A stretch of DNA of 64,000 nt. Source: Candidatus Magasanikbacteria bacterium RIFOXYC2_FULL_42_28. Lineage in GTDB: Bacteria; Patescibacteriota; Patescibacteriia; Magasanikbacterales; GWA2-37-8. Numbering within the stretch: position 1 is the stretch's first letter; each line of letters opens with the position of its first letter. Where the stretch lies: assembly GCA_001784435.1 (NCBI GenBank), contig MFQZ01000001.1, positions 156,205-220,204 of the forward strand. Reading direction: 5' to 3'. Below, one piece after another: positions 50,268 through 60,035 of this stretch. The position numbers were made by a program, and so were the translations under genes. Under the pieces are notes generated by a model, which was not told where the DNA came from, did not search any database, and saw only the letters and a program-made list of their open reading frames with translations.

Positions 50268-50564
50268 TCATTTAGTTTTTTTGAAGAATCTAAACTCCGG
50301 CAATTCTACGGGCTCTTCTCCCAATTCTTTTTTTCCACCCAGCTCTCGTCGGAGTGCGAAAATTATAGATGCTTTAATTCCTTCGGTAACTTTTACGTTT
50401 GCTCCAGTTTCTGCGTCCACGCACTCTGTGATTTCATCGACCTCTATGTCGTGGGTTGGCCCCGATGCCTCAGGATCTCTATTTAATTGATCTTCGGAGT
50501 AGTCCCAATCTACATACGCAGTTAGCTCCCGCCCGTCATGCTCGAAGTTTATTTTGTGGCTCAT
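50268..50564 (-). CDS. hypothetical acidic 98-aa protein
   Basis: ORF with an extended -10 promoter (tggtataat) upstream and a hairpin terminator downstream. Confidence 0.4.
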   Translation of the reverse strand: MSHKINFEHDGRELTAYVDWDYSEDQLNRDPEASGPTHDIEVDEITECVDAETGANVKVTEGIKASIIFALRRELGGKKELGEEPVELPEFRFFKKTK

Positions 50565-50682
50565 AAATTTTACGTTAAAAAAAATAAATGAATTATATTT
50601 TTTACCCTGATATTATACCACCAAATATCTACCAAGGGAATAGCCGATTATAAAGTAAACCTGCGATAATGTCAAGATGCTT

Positions 50683-50711
50683 GACAACCGCCGACAATAG
50701 GTATATAATCA
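50683..50711 (+). promoter_or_regulatory. sigma70 promoter TTGACA-17-TATAAT for nrnA-like gene (about 130-nt AT-rich leader)
   Basis: cttgacaaccgccgacaataggtatataat. Confidence 0.55.
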
Positions 50712-50842
50712 CCTGTTATATAAATATCAAAATGAAAATATCAAAAATCAAAATTTTAGTGTCGCTTCGCGACCGATTACACTAATTTTACATTTTACAC
50801 TGTCATTTTCCATTTTGATTTTTACATTTTAAATTCACTACC

Positions 50843-51799
50843 GTGCAAACAATCGCCAAACAAATATACAGCCGGCTCCTGTCGGCCAATAAAATCCTCA
50901 TCGTCTCGCACCAAAATCCGGACGGCGATACTTTGGGCGCGGGCACCGGACTTTTGGAAACTTTAAAAAACGCGGGCAAATCGGCGCGCCTTTTTTGCGC
51001 CACGCCCGCGCCGGCCAAATTTAATTATCTTCCCCATCACGACACTATCACTTCCGACCCGAGTGTATTTACCGACACAGACGTGGATACGGTCGTTGTG
51101 CTGGACTCCGGCGACTTGCGCTATGCCGGCGTGCATCATCATTTATATAACCACCGCGCTGAAATTATCAATATTGACCACCACCCGACCAACGAAAACT
51201 ACGGCGCGTATAATTTAGTGCGCACGGACTATTCATCCACTTCGGAAATTATTTTCCATTTTTTGCGTTTCAATGGCGCGCGCTTAAATCATTTATCCGC
51301 CACCGCCCTACTCACTGGCATTATCACCGACACCGATAATTTCACCAACGCCGCAACCAGTGCCCGCGCTATGGCCGTTGCTTCGGAATTAATCGCCACC
51401 GGCGCCAATTTAAATTTAATTAACGCCCGCACAGTCCAAAACAAAACCGTCGGCAGTTTGCGTTTGTGGGGATTGGTGTTGTCACGCTTGGTCAAACACT
51501 CCGATGACCTGGCCTCTACTTATGTCAAGAATGAAGATTGGAAAAATCACGATGTGCCCGAAAGTGAAGCCGAAGGCATTGCGAATTTTTTAAATAATTT
51601 AGACAGCGCCAAGGCCGCCTTAATTTTAAAAGAAACCCCCGACGGCAAAATCAAAGGCAGTTTTCGCACCACCCGCGATGATACCGATGTGGCGGCGATG
51701 GCCAAACGTTTGGGTGGTGGTGGGCATAAAAAAGCGGCGGGGTTTACAGTAGAGGGGACGGTTGAGAGTGTGTTAGCGCGAATTTTGACAAATACATAA
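50843..51799 (+). CDS. nrnA: DHH/DHHA1 phosphoesterase (NrnA-like oligoribonuclease / pAp phosphatase)
   Basis: HQNPDGDTLGAG, DHH at INIDHHPTN, GGGHKKAAGF; GTG start. Confidence 0.8.
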   Translation: MQTIAKQIYSRLLSANKILIVSHQNPDGDTLGAGTGLLETLKNAGKSARLFCATPAPAKFNYLPHHDTITSDPSVFTDTDVDTVVVLDSGDLRYAGVHHHLYNHRAEIINIDHHPTNENYGAYNLVRTDYSSTSEIIFHFLRFNGARLNHLSATALLTGIITDTDNFTNAATSARAMAVASELIATGANLNLINARTVQNKTVGSLRLWGLVLSRLVKHSDDLASTYVKNEDWKNHDVPESEAEGIANFLNNLDSAKAALILKETPDGKIKGSFRTTRDDTDVAAMAKRLGGGGHKKAAGFTVEGTVESVLARILTNT

Positions 51800-51823
51800 A
51801 TAGTTGATAAAATATACTTAATA

Positions 51824-51935
51824 AATGTCAAAATCCAAATTTCCAATTTCCAATCAAATCCTAATATCAAATGTCAAAATTTGAACTTTGGACTTTGAAA
51901 TTGATTTGACATTGGAAATTTGACATTTGAAATTA
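51824..51935. repeat. family A element abutting clpP start
   Basis: atgtcaaaatccaaatttccaatttccaatcaaatcc...ttgatttgacattggaaatttgacatttgaaatt. Confidence 0.7.
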
Positions 51936-51940
51936 ACATT

Positions 51941-52525
51941 ATGAACTCCCAAATCCTCATCCCCACCGTCATCGAAAAATCCTCTATGGGCGAACGCGCC
52001 TATGACATTTATTCGCGTCTACTTTTGGATCGCATAATTTTCTTAGGCCAAGCCATTGACGACCATGTCGCCAACATCGTCATCGCCCAACTATTATTTT
52101 TAGAAAACCAATCGCCGGAAAAAGATATTAAATTATATATCAATTCCCCGGGCGGATCCGTTACGGCCGGCCTCGCGATTTACGACACCATGCAATATAT
52201 CAAACCAGATGTGTCTACCATTTGCGTGGGTATGGCGGCGTCAATGGGCGCGGTCTTACTTGCCGCCGGCGCCAAAGGCAAACGATTGGCTCTCCCCAAT
52301 TCCGAAATTATGATTCACCAAGTAATGGGCGGAATGGAAGGCCAGGCCTCGGACATCAAAATCCACGCCGAAAGAATTTTAAAAACCAAAGACAGTTTAA
52401 ATAAAATTTTAGTCAAACACACGGGCAAAGACTTGGCGACAGTGGAAAATGACACCGACCGTGATCACTTTTTGAGCGCTTTGGAAGCAAAAAATTACGG
52501 TTTAATTGATAAGGTGATTGAATAA
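51941..52525 (+). CDS. clpP: ATP-dependent Clp protease proteolytic subunit
   Basis: [11 protein letters not shown] active-site Ser, MIHQ His. Start moved to [12 protein letters not shown]; the upstream track residues translate repeat A. Confidence 0.9.
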   Translation: MNSQILIPTVIEKSSMGERAYDIYSRLLLDRIIFLGQAIDDHVANIVIAQLLFLENQSPEKDIKLYINSPGGSVTAGLAIYDTMQYIKPDVSTICVGMAASMGAVLLAAGAKGKRLALPNSEIMIHQVMGGMEGQASDIKIHAERILKTKDSLNKILVKHTGKDLATVENDTDRDHFLSALEAKNYGLIDKVIE

Positions 52526-52531
52526 AATTAT

Positions 52532-52756
52532 ATGTCCGGAAAAAATAACCTTGGACGTCTATCTGAATTGGCTGAAGAATTAAGGCGACCACCCAGCGAG
52601 CAAGCCGGTGACACTTGGGAGGACGGCACAAACATAGATTGGGGTGAATTAACAGCTGAAAACGACAAGTTAATGGCAAGTTTAAGAAAACGAGCGGAAA
52701 ATGGCGACGAAGAAGCACGGCAGACATTGGAAGATTTTTATAAGAACCTACCATAA
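52532..52756 (+). CDS. hypothetical small acidic protein
   Basis: 74-aa ORF directly after clpP; hairpin terminator at 52765-52798. Confidence 0.35.
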   Translation: MSGKNNLGRLSELAEELRRPPSEQAGDTWEDGTNIDWGELTAENDKLMASLRKRAENGDEEARQTLEDFYKNLP

Positions 52757-52880
52757 GCATAGCAATCATTCCGACTAAGTTGGGATGATTTTTATTTTCG
52801 CTTATTTTAGCCAAAAAAAGGCAATTATCCACCTTGTCAAGGGTGCAGGTCTTGACAAAACCTTAAAAATGTGCTATACT

Positions 52881-53180
52881 ATGTAGTTGCTGATAACAGT
52901 GCCGTATTTGAATAAACGGAAGAACTGATAGCAAGAAGTATCCCATTAAATAACATTAACGGCAAGAACTGGATATAGGCGTTTATTCTTTTGAAAAAGA
53001 GCTTAAACGCCCGTATCCACGACAAGCATGGGGATGTGTTGGCGGATAGTACAGGCGCAAGCTCGTCTTCTCCATTAACACATCTTCTTGGATGCGGACT
53101 ATTCCCACTGACTTTGTCGGCGGGAGCAAAAAAAACACCACGAACCCAATCAGGTTCGTGGTTTTATATTATTTTTTTAA
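52881..53180 (+). ncRNA. candidate about 300-nt structured non-coding RNA of unknown class
   Basis: TTGACA-17-TATACT promoter at 52847-52875; intrinsic terminator ccacgaacccaatcaggttcgtgg plus a T-run at about 53140-53180; extensive internal complementarity; no credible ORF. Confidence 0.4.
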
Positions 53181-53300
53181 ACACTAAATACTAAACCCTA
53201 AATTCTAAACAAATTCAAAATCCAAATGTCCAAAAGTAATTGATTTGAATTTTTAAAATTTGAATTTGTTTAGAATTTAGTATTTAGAGTTTAGAATTTT
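53181..53300. repeat. family C palindromic element
   Basis: aaacactaaatactaaaccctaaattctaaac...gtttagaatttagtatttagagtttagaatttt. Confidence 0.6.
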
Positions 53301-55258
53301 TACTCTACGGCCGGCTCCGTGCTCAAAACAGTAGCCGGCGAACTACCACCACTAACTCCAATTGTTGTGCTACTTGTCGCCCCCACCAAACATATCTGAG
53401 GTAAAGCTCGATAAAAACTTTCAAACACGCGATCAATTTTTTCGCCTGCCGGGGTAATGCGACTATATTCAAAACTCGCGACCGCGCCTTTATACGCGCC
53501 TTGGCAGGTCTCCACGCCCGGTTTTAAATTTTCCGTATAAGTGATTTGTTTTGCTCCCGGCGAAATCCATTTGCTTACGATTGGATGCGTGTACCAACCT
53601 TTGCGTCCGTCTAATTTTCCCCATAACGTAAAAACCAATTCCATTTTTTTATAATCCGCTTCCGCTTGTAAAAGCAAATATCCACCCGTATCATTTAAAA
53701 ATTTCAAATCCAAAGACGGCTCATACAAAGTGGCGTCTGTTCCCGGATTGCCATTGACCGGATCGGCGTAATAACTGACGACCAAAGAATGATTGCGCCG
53801 TTGGGTGATATCCATTCCCGAATTCATCGCCATCCGAAACATCGTCGTGCCGATTTGACACATCCCCCCACCCACCTCCGCTTTTATTTCATTGCCTTTG
53901 ATAACCAATTCCGGCAGGTAGCCATTTTCTTCAGTATAAGGACTGGAATATTTATTGGTAGAAAAATCTTCACCCGGTTTTATCAAAATCCCATTTAATA
54001 ATTTGACGGCATTGGCAATATTTTTAATCCGATTGGTATGACTGCCGACAAACGATGACACGCCCACGCCAATCACCCCTTCAATTCCCAAATCATTTAA
54101 GCTGGCCATCTGCACTTTTGGTTCCGCCACGGCAACGGTTAGGCCCACGGTTTTACTCAAACTGGCCGGATGATAATTACGCTCCTCAAACGCCTTGGCC
54201 AAATCCGTATAAGTTTTTTCTAAATCAATTCGCAATCCGACCGCGCTGGCCTGGAATTCTTTTACTTTATCATTTTCCATCACAAACTTGGCATCACGCG
54301 CCGGCACGTCCACGTCTTGGCGCTGTTGTTCCAAATATTCACCCATTTTTCCGCTATCCAAAGAAAAAATAATCACACCACTCGCGTCTTTTTTCAAGCG
54401 CAACCATTCCCCCATTTGCGTGGCAGTAATTACCCACTCTCGGCGCGCTTTGGTCTGCGGGGCAATATAATTTAACGATAGATTACCGTAATTCAAAATT
54501 TCCGAAACGCGGGGCGCGACCGCTTGCGCGTCTTTTAAAGTAATTGCCGGGTCAAAATATTTCGCTTCCAATTTAATCGTGTTAAAACGCAATTGTCCTA
54601 AATCAGTTTTTATTTGGTTGATTATCACCGGAATATCAAAATTTTGTCCGGCCATTTCCGGAATTATTTCCATCTGTCCCGTCGGCCAATCGTGAAACAC
54701 CACACCGGCATCGCGCGGATCATCGGATAATTTTTTTAAATTGTCGCGCAAAATTTCCGTAGCGGACAAATCATTGATAACCACGGGCGCGACCAATACC
54801 ACTTTTTTAAAACGTAAAAATAACGGGTAAAATAATTTTTCATACCACGCCCCGGCGCGACCGACACCCAAAGATAAATCAACCAAACTGTCGCCGTCAA
54901 ACGCCAATATTTCCGCGACCGTATCGCTGTCTGAAACCGTGTTGATTTTAAAAGACATATCGGCGCGCGCGGTGTGAGCGTCAAACGCCACCCCCTCTTT
55001 GGCCAAGCGATCATTCAAATCTTCAATAAATTTTTTAACTTCCGCACCGGTGCTTCCACCCAAATGGTACGATCCGACCGAAACCCCCGGATAAACTTCG
55101 TCTTGATAAATTGAGACATACGCGGCGCTCGCGCCAAACACAACAGCAATAAACACCGCGACAATTAACAAAAAAACACCGGCGAATTTAAAAATTCTCC
55201 GACCACGCGTGGGTGGTGTTGATAACAAAGGAGTTAAATTTTCTAGAATATCTGACAT
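53300..55258 (-). CDS. VanW-family protein with N-terminal TM anchor
   Basis: C-terminal VanW core GGGMCQIGTTMFRMAMNSGMDITQRRNHS. Confidence 0.7.
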   Translation of the reverse strand: MSDILENLTPLLSTPPTRGRRIFKFAGVFLLIVAVFIAVVFGASAAYVSIYQDEVYPGVSVGSYHLGGSTGAEVKKFIEDLNDRLAKEGVAFDAHTARADMSFKINTVSDSDTVAEILAFDGDSLVDLSLGVGRAGAWYEKLFYPLFLRFKKVVLVAPVVINDLSATEILRDNLKKLSDDPRDAGVVFHDWPTGQMEIIPEMAGQNFDIPVIINQIKTDLGQLRFNTIKLEAKYFDPAITLKDAQAVAPRVSEILNYGNLSLNYIAPQTKARREWVITATQMGEWLRLKKDASGVIIFSLDSGKMGEYLEQQRQDVDVPARDAKFVMENDKVKEFQASAVGLRIDLEKTYTDLAKAFEERNYHPASLSKTVGLTVAVAEPKVQMASLNDLGIEGVIGVGVSSFVGSHTNRIKNIANAVKLLNGILIKPGEDFSTNKYSSPYTEENGYLPELVIKGNEIKAEVGGGMCQIGTTMFRMAMNSGMDITQRRNHSLVVSYYADPVNGNPGTDATLYEPSLDLKFLNDTGGYLLLQAEADYKKMELVFTLWGKLDGRKGWYTHPIVSKWISPGAKQITYTENLKPGVETCQGAYKGAVASFEYSRITPAGEKIDRVFESFYRALPQICLVGATSSTTIGVSGGSSPATVLSTEPAVE

Positions 55259-55263
55259 AAAAA

Positions 55264-55695
55264 TTATTCTTCCACCACAAAAATTGGTATCTTATTATCC
55301 GCTTGTTTTTTTGGTAAACGCACTGTTAATACACCGTTACGATATTCGGCTTTGGCAAATTCCGGCGCGACATCGGTCGGCAACACAATCGTGCGAGAAA
55401 ATTTTCCCCAATAACATTCTTCATAAAAATGTTCCGCGCCATTTGGAATTGGCGTGGCACGTTCACCTCGAATTGTTAAAACATCGTTATGTAAATGCAA
55501 TTCTACTTTATCGGGAGTGGCACCCGCCATCGTAGCAACAATGATTAACTCTTCGGCGGTTTGCGCCACATCAATTGATAATTGCCCTTCAGATTCATGG
55601 CGTGCGCCCGACGGCGCGAGTTGCGCTGCTAATTCAATCCCCTCCTCCATTGGCACATTATCTGATAAAAATACCGATTGATTGTTAGTGAACAT
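55264..55695 (-). CDS. Hsp20/alpha-crystallin small heat-shock protein
   Basis: Alpha-crystallin domain ending GVLTVRLPKK. Confidence 0.85.
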   Translation of the reverse strand: MFTNNQSVFLSDNVPMEEGIELAAQLAPSGARHESEGQLSIDVAQTAEELIIVATMAGATPDKVELHLHNDVLTIRGERATPIPNGAEHFYEECYWGKFSRTIVLPTDVAPEFAKAEYRNGVLTVRLPKKQADNKIPIFVVEE

Positions 55696-55703
55696 ATAAT
55701 TAA

Positions 55704-56393
55704 TTATTCTACGATTGTCCCTTTAAATTTTTCATTTTTAATCGCTTGGCGCGCGCTGGCTAAATCCGTGCCTTTGACAAATTTCAAAGTAATCCCTAAA
55801 CGTGTTCCTAATTTGGTCGCGATCGGATCAAACGGCACGTGCGCGCCCGGCGACCAGGTGGTGCCGACAATTTTTTGCAAATCTTTCCAATTCATTGTTT
55901 CAATTTTTTTTGCGCCCGGCAATTCTGGGTCGCGATCATAAACATAATCAACATTGGATAAATTAATTACTGTGTCCGCGCCAAAATTTTCGGCCAAGCG
56001 GACCGCGTCATCATCGGTTGATCGCCCCGGCTTCCAACCACCGGCCATTAAAATCGGTTTGTTCCATTTTATTTTTTTAGTGGGATCAACAATGATTTCC
56101 GGATAGGCCAAACTGCCAAAAATCACTTTCATAAAATTAGCATTGAGCCAGGTGGCATAAATTCCAACCCAATCCATTGCCGTACCCGATAATCCGACCG
56201 CTCTCTGCCCCGCGTTTTGATACGCGCGCGCGGTTGTGCCCCCACCGCAAACAATAATAAACCGATAGCCATTTTTAATTAATTTAAAAATCATGCCCAG
56301 AAATTTTTTAATAAAAATAGCATCCACTCCGCCGGCTGGCGCGATTAAAGATCCGCCCAATGATAAAACAACTATCTCACTTTTGCTTGCCAT
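55704..56393 (-). CDS. pyrH: amino-acid-kinase-family protein, archaeal-type UMP kinase-like
   Basis: VVLSLGGSL N-terminus, IIVCGGGTTAR; 229 aa. Confidence 0.55.
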   Translation of the reverse strand: MASKSEIVVLSLGGSLIAPAGGVDAIFIKKFLGMIFKLIKNGYRFIIVCGGGTTARAYQNAGQRAVGLSGTAMDWVGIYATWLNANFMKVIFGSLAYPEIIVDPTKKIKWNKPILMAGGWKPGRSTDDDAVRLAENFGADTVINLSNVDYVYDRDPELPGAKKIETMNWKDLQKIVGTTWSPGAHVPFDPIATKLGTRLGITLKFVKGTDLASARQAIKNEKFKGTIVE

Positions 56394-56533
56394 ATTTTAA
56401 ACTATTTTCAAAATTTATATTTTGTTTAACCGGCTTTTCAAACGGGCGCAACGCCAGACGTCGACTCGGAGTGCGATAAGCGGTCTTGCCTTTTTGCGCG
56501 CGATTGGATGAATAATTTTTCACACTGGTTAAA

Positions 56534-56875
56534 TTAATCTTTTTTTAACAACTCACCAACCAACCAACTTACCACTACCATAATCAAAGCTCCCCAAAAC
56601 GCCGGTCCAAATCCAGCCACTTCAAAACCTTTTACAATCGAAGACGCCAACCAAAACATCAGGGCGTTGATTACCAAAGTAAATAATCCTAATGTCAAAA
56701 TATTTATCGGCAACGTCAGCACCACTAAAATCGGACGAATAAGCGCATTAACCAATCCTAACACCAGCGCGGCGATAAGCGCGGAATAAAAACCAGACAC
56801 GGCTATACCCGGTAAATAATACGCGATTGCCATGAGCGCGCCGGCATTGATTAACCAACGTAAAATAAGTCTCAT
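56534..56875 (-). CDS. 4-TM membrane protein (DUF360 / phage-holin-4_2-like)
   Basis: Four hydrophobic helices, 113 aa. Confidence 0.45.
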   Translation of the reverse strand: MRLILRWLINAGALMAIAYYLPGIAVSGFYSALIAALVLGLVNALIRPILVVLTLPINILTLGLFTLVINALMFWLASSIVKGFEVAGFGPAFWGALIMVVVSWLVGELLKKD

Positions 56876-56883
56876 AGAAAAAT

Positions 56884-57486
56884 TTAATTTAACAATAAAT
56901 TAAATAACCAATTAATAATCGGGGAAATTAAATTAGATAAGAAAAAAATAAAAACCATCAACAGCATGAATCCATAGCGATCCAAAAATATTTTTATATG
57001 CTGCATTGAATCAGGTAAAATTGCGTATAAAATTTTGGAACCATCCAGTGGCGGGATCGGGACTAAATTAAATACCATCAAAACTAAATTGGCCTGAACA
57101 ACGACCGCGAGTAATTGTGAGAAATTCGTTACCGGTAAAACGCGAATTAGCAACGCAAATACTAACGCTAACATAAAATTGGCCAATGGCCCCGCTATTC
57201 CAACCATGGCCGGTCCCCACTTATGATAACGCAAATTATACGGATTAAACGGCACCGGTTTGGCATAAGCAAACAAAAACCGGCCACCAGACAATAGTCC
57301 CAGCACGAGTGGCATCGCAATCGTGCCAATCGGATCAATATGCACCCGCGGGTCAATGGTTAAACGCCCGGCCAAACGCGCCGTTGGATCACCCAAACGA
57401 TCGGCCATCCAACCATGGGCATATTCGTGAATAATAGCGGAGGGAATGATGACTAAAAAGTAAAAAACCAAAGAAATGATACCCAT
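56884..57486 (-). CDS. site-2 protease family (peptidase M50) membrane metalloprotease
   Basis: HEYAH zinc motif inside a TM helix, multi-pass. Confidence 0.7.
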   Translation of the reverse strand: MGIISLVFYFLVIIPSAIIHEYAHGWMADRLGDPTARLAGRLTIDPRVHIDPIGTIAMPLVLGLLSGGRFLFAYAKPVPFNPYNLRYHKWGPAMVGIAGPLANFMLALVFALLIRVLPVTNFSQLLAVVVQANLVLMVFNLVPIPPLDGSKILYAILPDSMQHIKIFLDRYGFMLLMVFIFFLSNLISPIINWLFNLLLN

Positions 57487-57561
57487 ATTGACAAAAACGA
57501 TTAAATCCTATATACTTACCCACATATTATACCTTTAAAAATATAAATAAGCAACAATTAT

Positions 57562-57738
57562 ATGAGTAGATCCTGTGACTTGTGCGGCAAAAAATCTGTC
57601 CGCGCCAATTCAGTTAGTCATTCCAAACGCAAAGTGCCTCGTCGCCAGCACCCTAATTTACAGGCATTGACCATAAATGGAGTTACCAGCAAAGCGTGCT
57701 CCACTTGCCGTCGAACTTCGGCCAAAGGAAAAAAATAA
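57562..57738 (+). CDS. rpmB: 50S ribosomal protein L28
   Basis: MSRSCDLCGKKSVRANSVSHSKRKVPRRQHPNLQ...; missed by the track because it is under 60 aa. Promoter TTGACA-17-TATACT at 57488-57516; terminator at 57751-57784. Confidence 0.75.
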   Translation: MSRSCDLCGKKSVRANSVSHSKRKVPRRQHPNLQALTINGVTSKACSTCRRTSAKGKK

Positions 57739-57829
57739 CTATATATTAAAAATCCGTCCCGACTTAACCGGGACGGATTTTTGTTTCATCATTTTTGCCT
57801 TGTCCTGCGTAGCCAAAGGCGAAGCGGGA

Positions 57830-58402
57830 TTAGTTGCGTTCGTAAGGGAAAATCACTTGGCGATCTCCAAACCAATGTTTAATTTCATGCTCGGCTTCAG
57901 CGGCGGTTTCCGAAGCGTGCACCAAATTCATTACCGCGCGATGTTCGGCGTTAGCCACAGCCGGAGAATCAACCGAATAATCACCACGAATCGTTCCCAT
58001 GTCAGCCATGTTTGGCAAAGTCGCACCGGCAATTTTTCGCACCATATCCACTGCGTGGACACCTTCCACCACCATCCGCACCAAAGGCGCGGAGATCATA
58101 TAGCCAACAAGCCAACTACGAACCATTTTGCCAATTTCCAAATCATTGTCTGTGCCTAAATCTTTAATCGGATCAATGCCGTATTTGGCATAAGTACCTA
58201 AAGATTTCTGACCCAAACGAGCGATCCAGGTTTCGTCTTTCGGATAATGATTATCAATTTGCTCTTCGGTCGGTTGAAACATTTCCAAAGCCACCACTTT
58301 CAAATCGCGTTGCTCAAATCGGCGAATAATTTCGCCAATTAAGCCCTTTTTCACGCCATCCGGTTTAATCATCACATAAGTGCGTTCGGTCTTAAAATTC
58401 AT
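57830..58402 (-). CDS. ndk: nucleoside diphosphate kinase
   Basis: ERTYVMIKPDGV, GTIRGD, NLVHASE. Start moved to MNFKTERTY. Confidence 0.85.
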   Translation of the reverse strand: MNFKTERTYVMIKPDGVKKGLIGEIIRRFEQRDLKVVALEMFQPTEEQIDNHYPKDETWIARLGQKSLGTYAKYGIDPIKDLGTDNDLEIGKMVRSWLVGYMISAPLVRMVVEGVHAVDMVRKIAGATLPNMADMGTIRGDYSVDSPAVANAEHRAVMNLVHASETAAEAEHEIKHWFGDRQVIFPYERN

Positions 58403-58457
58403 ATTGATTTTATTAATAATTAATTTGGTTAAATTATATCCGCTTTTCACAAAAAAG

Positions 58458-58814
58458 TCAACCCTTGGGCACTAAACGCAATTTGGCCGTGCCTTTTGAC
58501 TTATCCACCGCGATAATTAACGCTGCTAATATTATTCCACCAACAACTCCATGCTTCCAGCAATACCGCCCAACAGTCTTTTCTAGCCGTCGCCATTTTT
58601 CACGTGTTATCGCCAAATCATTCGCCATCTCGCCGACTCGACGCGTCTTAACTTCTACAAAATAAAAATCATCGCCAAATTTAGCGATGATGTCAATTTC
58701 TCCAACGGTGGTATAAAAATTCCGCTCAATAATTTTAAAACCTTTTCGTTCCAACCATACGCACGCCAAATCTTCACCCCACTGCCCCATTTTTTTCTTT
58801 CCCCCCTTTGGCAT
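58458..58814 (-). CDS. yraN: YraN-family (UPF0102) endonuclease
   Basis: GEIDIIA...VEVKTR motif. Confidence 0.7.
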   Translation of the reverse strand: MPKGGKKKMGQWGEDLACVWLERKGFKIIERNFYTTVGEIDIIAKFGDDFYFVEVKTRRVGEMANDLAITREKWRRLEKTVGRYCWKHGVVGGIILAALIIAVDKSKGTAKLRLVPKG

Positions 58815-58817
58815 ATC

Positions 58818-59213
58818 TTATGGCAAATATTTTCCCTGCGCCACACGGTTTTGACTTTCAGTTTTAATTTTTGGAACGCGCACAATCGCATACCAAATAA
58901 TTTTATAACCCCAAAAAATAACACCAATAATCCAAAATAACAACCAAAAACGCCACGACAAAAATGTCACTCGTTCTTGACGAAAGAAAAACCAGATCAA
59001 ACCAAGCACGCCCATCGTCAATCCAAAATTCCCAATTCTACGCAAAATTTCATTCAGCCATTTTTCACTTTTATAAGCGCGCCCAATTTTGGCAGACAAT
59101 CCTAACAAAACAAAAAATAAAAATAATACTACTAAAACCGTAAATGCTACACCGCGTGCGGTAAACGGCTGGGTAAACCAATATGACCAAGTTAAAAGAT
59201 TTGTGAATGACAT
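58818..59213 (-). CDS. hypothetical membrane protein
   Basis: Three predicted TM helices. Confidence 0.4.
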   Translation of the reverse strand: MSFTNLLTWSYWFTQPFTARGVAFTVLVVLFLFFVLLGLSAKIGRAYKSEKWLNEILRRIGNFGLTMGVLGLIWFFFRQERVTFLSWRFWLLFWIIGVIFWGYKIIWYAIVRVPKIKTESQNRVAQGKYLP

Positions 59214-59216
59214 AAA

Positions 59217-59774
59217 TTATAATTTCTTAAACACGACGCAGTAATGATAACTGCCCGCGGCAAAATTGTCAACTGCGGTAAAACCCGCCCCCAACGCTAA
59301 ATCCAAAGCGCTGTCAAAAGATACCAATCCGCCTTTTTCCGGCCCAAGCGCACCCAAATTGCGCGTCCAATCAACTATAACGAGCCGTCCGCCACTTTTA
59401 AGCAAGCGCGCGGCTTCGCGCAAAGCGCCATTTTTATTTTTTAACATATAAAGAACATTGACCAAAAAACAAACATCCAAACTTTCGGCCGGAATTGGTG
59501 TTTTGCCCGGAACCTCAATGTCCGACCAAACCAACTGGATATTATCATAACCACCCGAACGCACTCGGCTACGCACATTATCTAAAACTTCTTTCAAAAT
59601 ATCTACCGCGTAAACCAACCCAACATCTTCCACCATTTTCGCCGCCGGAAAAATAAAATGACCGGTGCGACCGCAACCAAAATCAACCAACCGCATTCCG
59701 CGCGCCAGTCCTACACGCTGTAAAATTTTGCGCGAATCAATCAAGGCCTTACCGGCCGATTGGGCTTCGGTCAT
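59217..59774 (-). CDS. class I SAM-dependent methyltransferase
   Basis: Motif I LVDFGCGRTGH. Confidence 0.7.
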   Translation of the reverse strand: MTEAQSAGKALIDSRKILQRVGLARGMRLVDFGCGRTGHFIFPAAKMVEDVGLVYAVDILKEVLDNVRSRVRSGGYDNIQLVWSDIEVPGKTPIPAESLDVCFLVNVLYMLKNKNGALREAARLLKSGGRLVIVDWTRNLGALGPEKGGLVSFDSALDLALGAGFTAVDNFAAGSYHYCVVFKKL

Positions 59775-59775
59775 A

Positions 59776-60021
59776 TTAACGCACTAACCACGAACCAACT
59801 GTGGCATTTAAAAATTGGGTGTGCAAATTGGTAATCGCTAAAAATCCGATAAAAATTCCGGCCAACCCCAAAAATTTTACCATAAGACGCGTGCCACCGC
59901 TCGTGCCCAGTTTGGCTTCGGCCCAAGCATTCGTCCCAAAATTTTCCACCACCCATTCGGTTTTAATGATTAAGCCGGAACTGATGGCAACGATTAGAAG
60001 ACCGATTAAAATGCGAGACAT
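59776..60021 (-). CDS. small 2-TM membrane protein
   Basis: 81-aa hydrophobic ORF. Confidence 0.35.
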   Translation of the reverse strand: MSRILIGLLIVAISSGLIIKTEWVVENFGTNAWAEAKLGTSGGTRLMVKFLGLAGIFIGFLAITNLHTQFLNATVGSWLVR

Positions 60022-60035
60022 AAATTTGATAATAA

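Noticed and set aside
52881-53180. Identification of the 300-nt RNA as RNase P RNA, tmRNA, 6S or SRP RNA
   Set aside because: None of the universally conserved motifs of these families is visible by eye (P4 GGAAAGUCCGG, AGGGUGAAA, tmRNA tRNA-like end with CCA, SRP domain IV). It is left as unknown.
52991-53194. 67-aa ORF MKKSLNARIHDKHG... in the candidate ncRNA
   Set aside because: It reads straight through the intrinsic terminator hairpin and has no RBS. The ncRNA interpretation is preferred.
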